A DNA stretch of 57,365 bases, counting the filler, from Stramenopiles sp. TOSAG23-6 (lineage: Eukaryota), in the NCBI GenBank assembly GCA_900128565.1. It is 3 parts of 3 records of this genome, joined end to end, with 100 filler letters (N's around TTAATTAATTAA, not from the genome) between each part and the next. Parts side by side here need not be neighbours in the genome. Positions count along the whole stretch, not along the records: positions 19,223 to 38,295 come from LT636056.1; positions 38,396 to 57,365 come from LT636057.1; 1 more part is not named here. The stretch is one strand, 5' to 3'. The first letter of the stretch is position 1. The number at the start of each line of letters is the position of its first letter. Below the pieces are notes generated by a model. That model searched no databases. It was not told the DNA's origin and worked only from the letters and a program-made list of their open reading frames with translations. Positions 34,001-43,222 of the stretch are shown in pieces. The position numbers were made by a program, and so were the translations under genes.

Positions 34001-37000
34001 TGCAGCTTTCCGAGCTCACCGCGCAGTTATGGCCGAACTCTCTTCAATCCGTGCACAACAATGGGAAGTCTATAAAAGAGATTTAAAATTGAACAGGGAT
34101 AGCCCTGAAGAGGACGAGGAATTGCCATGGAGATCACGAACATCGATTAATATGACGTATAGAAAAATGAAGTTAAAATTTCGAAAGAATGTTACTTGGA
34201 AGTTGGCATCTAAAATTAAGCACAGGGCTAATTTGATAGATTTATACGATGAATTACCTGAAGGTGGTAATCACACTGATAAATATGAAAAACGACTTAG
34301 ACATCTTGCAAATTCAATTGCTGGCCGCCAATGGTACTGGAATGAAGACCAAATGGCATCATGGGTTGGAAATTATCGCATGGATCAGTTGGCCAATTCA
34401 CCCCATGTCCCTCATCACCTTCACTATCCAGGTGCTGCAGGTATGATGGTTGTCAATGGTGCTTGGAAGGATGGAAAACCACATGGTCCTGGCACAGCAT
34501 GGTTGCCTGCTGGAGTAGGTAAAGAATTTCACCAACTTTCTAAAAAGGATACTGATAATCCTTTACGATGGATAAAATATCAAGAAATTGATGGATATTT
34601 TGAAAACGGAAGTATACCAAGTGGTTCAGATGTTCAGATTTTGTATCGCAATCGGAGTATTTATGAAGGACCATACGTTGAATTTGGCCAAGATCCTAGT
34701 CCATCTCATTGGGGTAAATGGTCTTCAAAATTTGGTGAAGCTGAGAGATACGACGACAAGAATACATTAATATGGGAAGGTAGACTTGTTGACAATCATT
34801 TCAATGAGTATTGTATTAATGGGTGGATAAAAGGAACATGGATTACACGCAAACTGAGGCGCCGTAAACACCTGAAGAAGGCTCCATGGAAAACTGAAAC
34901 ATATGAAGGTTTTTATGTGAATAGCAAAAAGCATGGATATGGTGTAATGAAATATAAAAATAAGAAAGGTGAGTATTCTGGTGAATGGCGTTGTGATAAA
35001 CGACATGGTCATGGGTCGTTCCGTGACAAAAAAGGCAGTGTATATATTGGTGAATGGTTCAATGGTAAGAAACATGGTTGGGGAGTCGAATCAATCATTG
35101 AACCTAGAGAACAGTACGAAGGGAATTTTTGTGATGGTTTGAGAGATGGCAATGGTACACTGGTACTAGCAAATAGTGATAAATATGTTGGAGAATTCCA
35201 GGGAGGCATTCGACATGGCAAAGGAGTAGTATTTTATGCCAATGGCAATCGATATGAAGGTCCATATGTACAAGGTATTCGCCATGGCGACGGAATTCTA
35301 ACTTTCAAAGATGCTGGTGAACGATACGAAGGACCATTTGTTAATGATTTAATGCACGGAAAAGGTATTTTCGTTAAAACAAGATCTGCCGGATACCACC
35401 AGAAGCGCAGAGGTATTTGGAAGCGGGGTAATCACGTACGTTGGACAGGTTGGTGTGTGTCTAAATTTGCAACTGATGCTTTCCTTTCGCAGTTTGGAGT
35501 ACCTTGTGAAGATGATCCAAAACCTTATAAAGACCCCGATTGGGTAAAACGGATGGCCGAAAAGTCAGCAAAGGAGGCAGCAGAAAAAGAGAAGAAAGCA
35601 AAGGAGGATGCAGAAAATGCAATTAAACAAAAACGCCAAGAAGCCAAGAAAGCAAAAGCCGCAGCTCGAAGGGCCAAGGGTGGAAAGGGTGGTGTTAAGG
35701 GCAAAGCAGCAAAACAAAAGGAGTTAGACGATATAGCTGAAAAGGAACGCTTGCGTAAAGAAGAAATAAGAAAACGCAAAATGGCAAGGGAAGAACAAGA
35801 AAGTGACGTGGAAGAAGAATGGGAACCACCAGGTGGTTGGGATGTCACAACATTTGATGGTGTGTATGCTGCCATAGTAGCTGAGAAATTACCAGCACTA
35901 CCTGACGGGGTCGACCCTGATAACTTTGTGGTGAAACGAGTAGTTGATCGAATTATGGGTAAAGTTGGACCTGCATCTGGAGATCAGATGCTGAAACGCG
36001 CAAGAGAATCTTTAGCAAAACTTACACCTCTATTGAAAGCAGAAATAGAAAAGGAAAAAGCAGTCCAGGAAAATTTAGATACTGTTCAAGAAGAAGCTGA
36101 AGAGCAAACTGTAATGCGCGATGATCAACGCCAAACAATGAAGGATTGCGAAGACGAATTATTAGCTACAACTACGAAACTTGAACTATTTTGGGAAGAA
36201 GACGTGCATAAAATACGACATAAATATAATAGATCTCTTGGACCTTTAAAACTAGTCAAACAACGAGAATGGCATCATTTGAAGACCATGAAAGATCGTC
36301 CAAAGGTAATTGAACAAGTAATGGAATCAGCATGTTTAATGCTTGGACTTGAACCACGTTGGAGATTAGCAGAGGAATTATGCAACAGTTCAGCGGCAAA
36401 CCAAACACGAGGCGTAGCTGATTCTTTCTTGAATGATTATGATTGTAAGTTGGTTTGGATGATAACTTCGGGACAATGGAATGTTTATGATATTGCCGAG
36501 AACCATGAACTTTTTGAAAAATTACAGGAGTATTTTTACAACCCAGTACTAAAGGCTAATAATCCTGATATATTTGAAGTCTCGATGCCAGCATCACGAG
36601 TTTGTATGTGGTTTCGTCGTGCATTTCTGTACGCTCGCATGGCTAATCAGTGTAAGCATATTCACAAAGAGAAATTGAGACTTACAACTCAGCTAGGAGT
36701 AGAAAAAGATACAACAGAAGACGAAGAAGAAATATTACTTGAAATAACAACTGATGTCTTAAAACTTACAAAAAAACGCGAAGATGTGAGAGACGATGTC
36801 AAAGAAATGCATATATTAGAGCGACGATTACTTCGAACCATCAAGAAAATTGAGGAAAGAATGACCGAACTTCAAGTGCAAAAGGCCGAAGAAAAACTTA
36901 ATGCTAAGGGAGGTATTCGCGAGTCGCTTGAGAGCGGAGAAATCACCGAGTTTGATATATTGGGATACCTCAGAGATGAAAACTTCGTTATGCTTGGGGC

Positions 37001-37994
37001 TCTTGTCCAAGCTGGCATGTCGCCAAATTGGCACGATAGTTATGGAAATACACTTCTAATTGTTGCAGCACAAAATACGCAATTTGATGCTGTTAAATAT
37101 CTTTGTGAAAACATCGAGGAGTTGGATGTCAATCATCAAAACAAAAATGGTAATACTGCTCTACACTATGCTATTGCTTATTTTCCTGGAGGAGAAATTG
37201 TGCCTTATTTAATGGATAAAGGTGCTGATGATACATTGAAGAACCGCTTTGGTTTAAGTCCATATGACGGAACTACAGCGGAGGATACAATTGAATTTCA
37301 AGATCAGAGTGAAGATGCATTGATGACATTACTTACGCGAGTCTCCGAATCAGTTGTAAAAGGGGAAAAGAATATTCTTCAAGAAGAGTGGATCGATGAA
37401 AGATACAATTGTGATCAACCTGATCGAAATGGATGGACTATTCTTCATCACCTTGCGCTTGCGGCTGATGCGAAATGGCCAGAAGGTCTTGCTGAAGAAA
37501 TTGCGCAAATGCTTTTTGATGCAGGGGCTACGGGGGACCCGATAAATGAAGACGGCAATAGTGCATTACATTTTGCGCTTGGAAGAAATCCTGCTGGTGA
37601 CCTTGGACCTTTGATAATTGAATACGGTGGAGATGATGGTCAAATCAACAAATGGGGCCAAACACCTTACGAAGGATACTGTGATCAATCTTGGCGAGGT
37701 ATATGTGCACAAAAAGATAAAGAAGTTCCCTTCTGGCAATTATCTATTCCATTAGCAGCATCGTTGCAGTTGAATGAATCTCGTATTGCTGCTGAAAAAC
37801 CTGGCGGAATGAATATATCTGATGATGCGTGGACTACTGCTGTAGTACTACGATGTCTGGATATTAAGTGTTCCGATGATCAGGATCTTTGGGGTGATAT
37901 ATATGCTACTTCTAGAAAGTGGTTAAAAAAACAATGTACACACGCAGAATTCCCAGTTATTTGGGAGAATACTGGTGAGTTGTTTGGTTTATAG
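28026..37994 (+). CDS. 3322-aa multidomain protein: Tudor-like, LRR, IQ/Sfi1-like repeats, MORN, dynein-stalk-like, ankyrin
   Basis: WYDGVITKVNDDHTYNVRYDDG; FBXL-type LRRs; IQxxxRGxxxR motifs; YEGxFxxGxRHGxG; VIEQVMESACLMLGLEPRW; GNTALHYA. Intronless ORF. Confidence 0.85.
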   Translation: MSSPGHGKLSHGPRILKRGHAARFSPKIRREVVDLKQQFKQQRQQAVSSAVITSTKNISAGPQIRHREKNNRTHTSNHSPQHSILMAAIRGLRAKKVKLDQRDPKVIRAGDAVRAAFRNSELWYDGVITKVNDDHTYNVRYDDGAKELNKPRKFVKKLRVQNPIDPIEDIQQYNNNSLEKKQREMLQKNKKRRNTRKIDHSQIESKIDPAGTSSSSDYEGDISTPSRARSRSKTRHPRTNRSHSRESKKSENIDIRPGSTPSNTNVCRYDKYGPPSRMAGKNEVDQKRNVPKRTTSSKIDIVSRKVWGDTSLNTNENEYIAEEKIVIGPSSSFRSKESTFVPYSRSELIKLRSKALDLHKKASSSTKSNQLDLPIDLAFCRLSWKPQEILHLSKWREVATDAALHRILRAYPKSPLGCGPSELFLSNCEHLSYRTVETIATNLYASPPLSEELTWGPNKRNPWEPYTSTYSGLRTIHAQNCHSIRFRSKLKNIGLGAAQKQRRYKGEEYSQKATRILGSGLCRVQFLDLSGNIKLLDSDIQVVSETMPMLKYLSVAGCKSIGDRSAKFIVAGCPRLKAIDFSGCNNYNDGHGLTDVGLKFLVGDHVNSGLPLTVLRIADCFEISDIGFQAIAGSKSAGNTLRTLDVSGCKRIGDQGARHLVETPLFRGGLMKRAKGLQALTSLDISFLSEMTGLAVAWICAGCPQLQRVTMIELSALDDNGCDSIGSLRALSGISLCRCSSVTDAGVVGMANIVRNRCEVERKTPYVQEINISGCKALGDASVAALGAAFGKSLLWADISELHGLEGPGLAAFIKKSSNLLHLSLRRCYKVETRALKYIGRECRRLIYLDISHCIGVTDDTIISLHNLKHLRVLDLTMCTKLTDSGVGYVPNDGLKQLFLDGISLLTDAGITTIAEKCHNLRVLHCVGCKLITPVSPVILFKECKKLRELNVLGCPNIRPSLIASLAALRPRTASINEPDKKLDLSTIDHRSFLPRLSPAVLRHRSSTDAAEEAYQRDLSADAVCGLIGVHGGDLGDGLDDNFSEGSSGNNSALIRILSGETGSKHRQPHRRRFAEPTSLRGGFRGVRPVKNSIGLLQQDQCMSDISRQRKAVNLMQSTVRAFTARLRFRKLIKGVRQKKWDAAQLVQARWRGRGTRSIFQLWALHKQHAANIMQKVVLRRLTRRRCWMLKRFAVKWWRLEARELHRNAIQLRYVMHGWFAYSHMRYLLEKNHKKIGMKGLRLCVEWNKHDRRSAADAFMGAVDTETFNSSSSIRWLRKGDRYYATCLKRRMMRGWWLGVMQARLLKRKAKTFYLKMFASGVTLVLLSWRGYAEKRLEQKARYQEADKFARIKKIRRSVQTWHRIASVRAEQGRRLRKAVMFMTNGLLVRSWMNWNYMVKERKAMRRAAAHLLNRRLSQVWCRWGMFVQIQLEEKRKMAKALRWMKHGAKMKFFHLWKDWLKRRKDLVRRTIARMLFKYLAGGFFQWMDWYNEHKRRGLIAARVQALWRGRMARDGYDDYRIDMNWATTKIQTFYRGNLGKKRAWKQARMNRIKEYMEINEPEMALMALEEEQGILFRAMFKVARAFQRIFRGEKGRLMAQLQKRVRNKSEQLKRAVRKQQILEEVEEKQAEREKTRELEYDAAVKLQVCWKRKIATRYLEMLRKKAREKGATIKAQQMYRCRLGKRAAGKRRRLLEQRSHMRERRAEAGKVYRFFRYMHRRQQLKVLTKLAYMGMWPDSYHFKISQHKKEIMIDAARFFRHMKCVSADIADFIRQQYWAWQHGVQPGDANVLQRTRRSQYPQICPGMAVRIIDRSSRLCGEEGYVLNILRKGTPNAAAEVVMDKDDRIIVQNLRYDFTKSIKNRPTLDQVPKLEFETIPYARVVNSRAELFALAEDSRIRNEQNRANTLLAKIIRGRNARKRHKMLYAEWMVEIEERREEVFRILSKLNLANMTIGRLLVRLKLVRPRELPPQLPEIDIIDRILGGGKDAVAAFRAHRAVMAELSSIRAQQWEVYKRDLKLNRDSPEEDEELPWRSRTSINMTYRKMKLKFRKNVTWKLASKIKHRANLIDLYDELPEGGNHTDKYEKRLRHLANSIAGRQWYWNEDQMASWVGNYRMDQLANSPHVPHHLHYPGAAGMMVVNGAWKDGKPHGPGTAWLPAGVGKEFHQLSKKDTDNPLRWIKYQEIDGYFENGSIPSGSDVQILYRNRSIYEGPYVEFGQDPSPSHWGKWSSKFGEAERYDDKNTLIWEGRLVDNHFNEYCINGWIKGTWITRKLRRRKHLKKAPWKTETYEGFYVNSKKHGYGVMKYKNKKGEYSGEWRCDKRHGHGSFRDKKGSVYIGEWFNGKKHGWGVESIIEPREQYEGNFCDGLRDGNGTLVLANSDKYVGEFQGGIRHGKGVVFYANGNRYEGPYVQGIRHGDGILTFKDAGERYEGPFVNDLMHGKGIFVKTRSAGYHQKRRGIWKRGNHVRWTGWCVSKFATDAFLSQFGVPCEDDPKPYKDPDWVKRMAEKSAKEAAEKEKKAKEDAENAIKQKRQEAKKAKAAARRAKGGKGGVKGKAAKQKELDDIAEKERLRKEEIRKRKMAREEQESDVEEEWEPPGGWDVTTFDGVYAAIVAEKLPALPDGVDPDNFVVKRVVDRIMGKVGPASGDQMLKRARESLAKLTPLLKAEIEKEKAVQENLDTVQEEAEEQTVMRDDQRQTMKDCEDELLATTTKLELFWEEDVHKIRHKYNRSLGPLKLVKQREWHHLKTMKDRPKVIEQVMESACLMLGLEPRWRLAEELCNSSAANQTRGVADSFLNDYDCKLVWMITSGQWNVYDIAENHELFEKLQEYFYNPVLKANNPDIFEVSMPASRVCMWFRRAFLYARMANQCKHIHKEKLRLTTQLGVEKDTTEDEEEILLEITTDVLKLTKKREDVRDDVKEMHILERRLLRTIKKIEERMTELQVQKAEEKLNAKGGIRESLESGEITEFDILGYLRDENFVMLGALVQAGMSPNWHDSYGNTLLIVAAQNTQFDAVKYLCENIEELDVNHQNKNGNTALHYAIAYFPGGEIVPYLMDKGADDTLKNRFGLSPYDGTTAEDTIEFQDQSEDALMTLLTRVSESVVKGEKNILQEEWIDERYNCDQPDRNGWTILHHLALAADAKWPEGLAEEIAQMLFDAGATGDPINEDGNSALHFALGRNPAGDLGPLIIEYGGDDGQINKWGQTPYEGYCDQSWRGICAQKDKEVPFWQLSIPLAASLQLNESRIAAEKPGGMNISDDAWTTAVVLRCLDIKCSDDQDLWGDIYATSRKWLKKQCTHAEFPVIWENTGELFGL

Positions 37995-38051
37995 GTACTT
38001 GTTATTAATTCTAATAATCTAAATAAATTAAAATTGAAGTTTATTTTTTTT

Positions 38052-38295
38052 TCACTCTGGAAAATAAATACCCGAATTTTCTGTCTCTGTCGCATTATCA
38101 CTGTTTTCTTCTATTGTTGTATCAACGGAGCTCACATTATCTAAATTTTGTATCGGAGTGCTGTCGTCTCGGCGACGGAGTTGACGTCTAAGAGGAGCAG
38201 GTGTCACATCTGGGACATCTGGAAAATTCACAAGAGGTAATGTATCGGAGGATTCTGGGAAATTCACAGCAGATGTTGTATCGGAGGATTCTGGG
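38052..38295 (-). CDS. Possible 3' end of a gene truncated by the gap
   Basis: Open frame running from the gap with a repeated PESSDT/VNFP unit (duplicated tgtatcggaggattctggg). Confidence 0.4.
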
Positions 38296-38395
38296 NNNNN
38301 NNNNNNNNNNNNNNNNNNNNNNNNNNNNNNNNNNNNNNNTTAATTAATTAANNNNNNNNNNNNNNNNNNNNNNNNNNNNNNNNNNNNNNNNNNNN
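38296..38395. other. Artificial 100-nt scaffold linker
   Basis: Ns flanking TTAATTAATTAA. Confidence 0.95.
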
Positions 38396-38449
38396 TTTGT
38401 ACCTAACAAATTTTAGTTTTTTTTTTTGAAATATTTTTCCAAAATACAT
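38396..38449 (+). mobile_element. 3' part of an introner-like intron, cut by the gap
   Basis: TTTGTACCTAAC...GAAATATTTTTCCAAAATACAT. Confidence 0.8.
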
Positions 38450-39244
38450 GGAGTTTGTTGCAAATTTTAATGCAGCGTATGATGCTCTAGGTGCTGGAAC
38501 TGACGGTTTACTAAAAAAAGGACTAGAATTATCAATGCAAGTTCAACGTGGTGTAGTTACATTAGGTACTTCAATAATTGAGAAAAAACAAATTCGTAAA
38601 TCTGGGCCATTCAGGTATACATTATTATCTCAGTTGACTGACAATGATGCTTTGTTATTTACTCGTCCAGGACCTCTCGCTAAACTTGCACGCTTTATAT
38701 CATCCGCAAAACGTCAAGTTGATAAACGTTGGCGTGGGCGTAAAAATGTACCATGTACGTTTTCATCATGAATTTTAAATTTACTTTTTTTTTCATACGA
38801 AATTTTGTACTTAACAAAAATAATTTTGAATATTTTTTACAATACATATATTTTGTGTTGCCTGGATGATAATAATTCTAGATTTGTTATTGTTGGTATT
38901 GTTGGATCATCGAATCCAAATACAAATACCGATGCTGGTATGTCTCTAATCGATGTCTCCCAGAGTGTTCGTTTAGGGCGGGCTTTTGAACTTGCTGGGA
39001 AAGAAGTCAATGGTACGTTTTCATAATGAATTTCAATTATTTTTTTTCGTACAAAATTCCGTACCTAAAAAAAATTGTCAACCAAAAAAAAAATATTTTT
39101 TTTCACAATACATGTAGTGTTTCAGGAGAAGAGAATCAAATGCAAGAAGTATACGGTTTCGATAAAGCCGTAGCGACAGTACAGAAAAATGATGTTCAAG
39201 CATTTTTGTCAGTTTTGATGGAAATTCTTGAAGGTGTTCATTGA
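38450..39244 (+). CDS. CDC45: CDC45 C-terminal part, 5'-truncated; exons 38450-38754, 38848-39012, 39114-39244
   Basis: NFNAAYDAL...GLELSMQVQ...IIEKK...FRY...FTRPGPLAKLARF...PYILCCL...VIVG...GRAF...FD...DVQAFL follows the CDC45 C-terminal pattern. Confidence 0.8.
38755..38847 (+). mobile_element. Introner-like intron, GT...AT, 93 nt
   Basis: cca t|GTACGTTTTCATCATG...ACAATACAT|at. In-frame stop inside and no AG inside. Confidence 0.85.
39013..39113 (+). mobile_element. Introner-like intron, GT...AT, 101 nt
   Basis: aat g|GTACGT...CACAATACAT|gt, in frame. A CAG 12 nt downstream is also in phase. Confidence 0.7.
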
Positions 39245-39527
39245 AGACTTAGGTATGAATAACTCAGTCATAGAATATTTTATGAAAGTTTTTTATACAC
39301 GAAATATCAAAGTTTTGTCATTGTAATCTTTTGATAAAAAAAATATCATTTAGTATTATATTGGATTTTTGATATTTTGTGTTTCTAAAGTAAAAAATTG
39401 TAGGTGCATATGTACGAAGTTTTATTGAATTGATTGTAAAATTTTGACTGAATAATAATAAATTGAATATCCAACAGTAATTTACGCATTTGTTAAGAGT
39501 TTATGAAAATCAAGTTGTATATATGAT

Positions 39528-40494
39528 TTAGAATAAAGTATCAAGACTGTGTTGTGCAGCAGAATCACCAGCATTAGCCGATTTAGTATACCACTTTTTA
39601 GCTTCTTTTTTGTCTTGAACAACGCCAAAACCATTATAATAGCAATAACCAAGACTATTTTGGCCATTGCTATTGCCTGAATTAGCCGATTTAGTATACC
39701 ACTTGAAAGCTTCTTTTTCATCTTCAGCAACACCCTCACCATTAAAATAACTATCACCAAGACTGTTTTGTGCTTCACTATGACCTGCATTAGCCGATTT
39801 AGAATACCACTTGAAAGCTTCTTTTTCATCTTCATCAACACCCTCACCATAAAAATAACAACACCCAAGATTGTATTGTCCAATGTTATAGCCTGCATTA
39901 GCTGATTTAGTATACCACTTGAAAGCTTCTTTTTTATTTTCAGCGACACCCTCACCATCACAATAGCAATTACCAAGATTATCTTGTCCACAACAATCGC
40001 CAGCATTAGCAGATTTAGTATACCACTTGAAAGCTTCTTTATAATCTTCAGCAACACCATGACCATAAAAATAGCAATTACCAAGACTATTTTGTGCCCC
40101 ACTATTACCAGCATTTGCCGCTTTAGAAAACCACTTGAAAGCTTCTTTTTTGTCTTCAGCAACACCATGACCATTATCATAGCATAAACCAAGATAACAT
40201 AGTGCATAACTATAATCACTACCAATATCCATAAACATCGTGAATGCTTTTTCATCATCCTCTTTATAACCATTCCGACCCCAATATGTACAATATGCAA
40301 TAGCCATTGGAAAACCAGCAATAGCTGCAGATTCAATCATTAGTTTTCCATTCTCTTCATCAATAGTCTTGAAGTCAATCCCATAATATTTTGCATAACC
40401 AAGTTCAAATAAATTCTGTGCACCTTTGTTTTCTATCTTTTGACGTTTCACCACTGTACTATTAGACATTGAAGAACTCGATTTTCGTTTTTTT

Positions 40495-40530
<36 letters not shown>

Positions 40531-41318
40531 TTAGATACTACAGGTGGTACATTTTCATCATCGACATCATCAAATGGTTTCAAAGCAGCAGATAGTCTCG
40601 TCTCCTCTTCTTTAAATGTTTTTGTCAACTTTTTTAAACCATTCAAACGATCAGTTTGTTTCTTTTGTGCTTCAACAGCTTCTTCATATTTTATTTTAGC
40701 ATCTGCAATAGCACTTTCTAACTTATTCTTCATGGCCTTTTTAAGTTCAGTCTCTGCTTTCTTTACTTTATTTTCCTCTTCAATCTTTGCTTCTAAAACA
40801 ACAATGGATTCTTCATTGACTTCTCTCATTTGTTTAATTTTAGAAAACTCCTGAAACACTTTATCATGCTTTACTTTGCATATTGTGATCAATGTTTCTA
40901 TGGCACACTTCACCTCATTCGTAAAATTTTCAGTATTTATTAAAAATACTTTCAACATATTGAGACGTGACATTTGAAGGATGCACACGTCAGACTGTGC
41001 AACCAACTCTATCATTCTTGAAATGACTTTAACTCTGTCCTCTGGGTTGTTTGGTCGGTAACATTGTTGCCACAATATATCTATATCATTGTTTTTCTTA
41101 ACTTGTTGTTGTTTCCATTGAATACATTGTGATTTACAGTGATAGTTTGTCACAAGCTTTAAATGCGGCAAAGGTTCGTTTGTTAAAGGCGACGTATTTT
41201 TTGTACGAAAGTGTTCCAAAATTGCACTTCGATCATACGTATGACCATCCGCAGCAAAAACTGGATCTTCAAGTAAACCAAAAGTTATAGGACATGTCAA
41301 GTCATTAGGAGGTGTCAT
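39528..41318 (-). CDS. U-box plus Sel1-repeat protein
   Basis: PNDLTCPITFGLLEDPVFAADGHTYDRSAI...SPLTN U-box; coiled coil; about 7 Sel1 repeats (AQNSLGxCYxxGxGVxEDxKEAFKWY). Confidence 0.92.
39540..40260 (-). repeat. Coding tandem repeats, 108-bp Sel1 units
   Basis: Recurring ccacttgaaagcttc at 108-nt spacing. Confidence 0.9.
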
Positions 41319-41650
41319 TTATCTCTCAATTAGGTCAACATAATATAATATAATATAATAATATAGGATAGCGAGACACAATTGATTCCCTCAGCTCTCA
41401 TACGGAAGACTTTTTGACAGCCAAGTCAACTTTGCCATTTCGATTTTTTGACGTTTGAAACTTTGACCACTGTTCTGAATTCGAAGTCAACTGACCATCG
41501 ATCTCACGAGTTTTTTTCGCGTTTTTTTCGCGTTTTTTTCGACTTCAAAACTATTATTAATGATACAATTTGCGTAAAGCATTTTCGATTTTATTGTAAT
41601 AGAAATATGCCGTAGATGGTATTTTCGAAATTAGCTGTTGGTAGTCTTTA

Positions 41651-43165
41651 ATGTCGCATCTTCCTGAACCTTCAGTTTGGGGTTTGAGTCCTCTCCATTG
41701 GACATTCACAAAACTATTTATAGTTCAATTGCATGCTTTAGAAGAGCCTGATCAATATCTAGACACACACTGGTTGTATGGTTGTCCTATAACACGAGTA
41801 CACATTTTTGGAACTATTGTTAGTGTCTCACAGAAATCGAAATTCTTGACATATGGTATAGATGATGGCACTGGTGTCGTAGATTGTCTTTTGTGGAAAC
41901 GAGATACAACTGAAATAAACTCGGATATCGTTTCTGATGAGGGAGACGAAAATAGTACTTTATGTTTGGGAGACTCTGTTTGTGTGTATGGAAGGTTACG
42001 AAGTGCGAAACCGCCTTACTCTCTTCTGCGAAGTATTACTATAGACTCTATATCAGTTATCCATGTACGTTTTCATCATGAATTTCGAATTTATTTTTTT
42101 GTACCAAATTTTGTACCTAACAAACTTCNAATTTTGGAAATATTTTTGCACAGCACATGACTTAAATTTAGAAGCCCACCATTGGCTTGAGGTTGTCGAT
42201 TTAATGCAAACAATATATCCACAGGGTTCATCACATTTCACAAATTGTATAAAAAGTAGAGTAAAGGAAGTAAACGTGAAAAGAAAAAAAATTCTCAAGT
42301 ACGTTTTGATCAAATTTTATTTTTTTTTACTCGAAAATTTCAAATTTGACCAAATTTTTATGATTTTCAAATTCGCCATATTTTTTTCACATGTAGTTCG
42401 GACACATCATCAACGTCTTCTGTCAAGACAGATAAAAATGAGTCGGCTTTTCTTGATGCTGTAAAGATGTATATACTCAACAATTTTGGTCCTTCTTCAA
42501 CGATTGTGTGGAGCTCAATGTACGTTTTTATTATGAAATTCTATTTTTTTTTCATACGAAATTTTGTACCTAACAAAAAACATTTTGAAAAATATTTTTT
42601 CATGTAACATATTTTCCAATCCTAAACTTCGTGATATTGCTCAACGCCAAGCAATGCATCAAACTAAAGATAAATCAATGATTTCAGCACTTGTACATAA
42701 AATATTTATACGAGCAACTAATCAACTCATCTCTCAGAACTTTTGGTATTTATCGAATAAAGAATGTGACGAATATCGACTTTTAAGTCACAAACTTGCC
42801 TTAGCCAATGAAGTTCGTTTTTTGTATAAATATAACGGTGTGGATCAAAATAATGGCGAAAGGGCTTCATCTTATGCAAATGGATGGCAAACGAAGGATT
42901 CAAACAAAACATTATTGTCAAAATCAGAACTAATTGAAAGTCTTGGTCGCGTGTACGTTTTCATCTCAAATTTCAAATTTGGTTTTTTTTTTATACACAA
43001 TTTTGTACCTAATGAATTTTACAAAATATATATATATATATTTCACAATGCATACCTCATTTGGCGACATTGAGCCAAAATTGCATTATAGAAAAAATAA
43101 ACCAGTTATTATGGGAAGGTGTCATTTATGAGGAAAATTTTGAATTGTACGGATGTGTTAACTAA
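41651..43165 (+). CDS. STN1: STN1-like CST subunit (OB fold plus winged-helix-like C-terminus), ~376 aa, 5 exons
   Basis: PITRVHIFGTIV...YGIDDGTGVVDCLLW...LGDSVCVYGRL...DLNLEAHHW; C-terminal LLWEGVIYE. Exons 41651-42064, 42159-42298, 42397-42519, 42611-42952, 43054-43165. Confidence 0.8.
42065..42158 (+). mobile_element. Introner-like intron, GT...AT, 94 nt
   Basis: cat|GTACGTTTTCATCATG...CAGCACAT|gac. The CAG 5 nt upstream is out of frame. Confidence 0.85.
42299..42396 (+). mobile_element. Diverged family intron ending in canonical TAG, 98 nt
   Basis: aa|GTACGTTTT...TTCACATGTAG|t. Using the family-type CAT end would give an immediate stop. Confidence 0.7.
42520..42610 (+). mobile_element. 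Introner-like intron, GT...AT, 91 nt
   Basis: at|GTACGT...TTGTACCTAAC...GTAACAT|a ttt. No AG in the intron or in the next ~55 nt. Confidence 0.8.
42953..43053 (+). mobile_element. Introner-like intron, GT...AT, 101 nt
   Basis: gt|GTACGTTTTCATC...CACAATGCAT|a opens the EGVIYE frame. An in-phase GAG lies ~20 nt downstream. Confidence 0.75.
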
Positions 43166-43222
43166 ACGAATGATGAAAATTAATTTCAACGTGTTTATAA
43201 AGAATACTTTTAAAAAAAAAAT

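Noticed and set aside
39482-40336. 284-aa overlapping ORF in another frame
   Set aside because: Shadow of the Sel1 tandem repeats with no independent coding signal.
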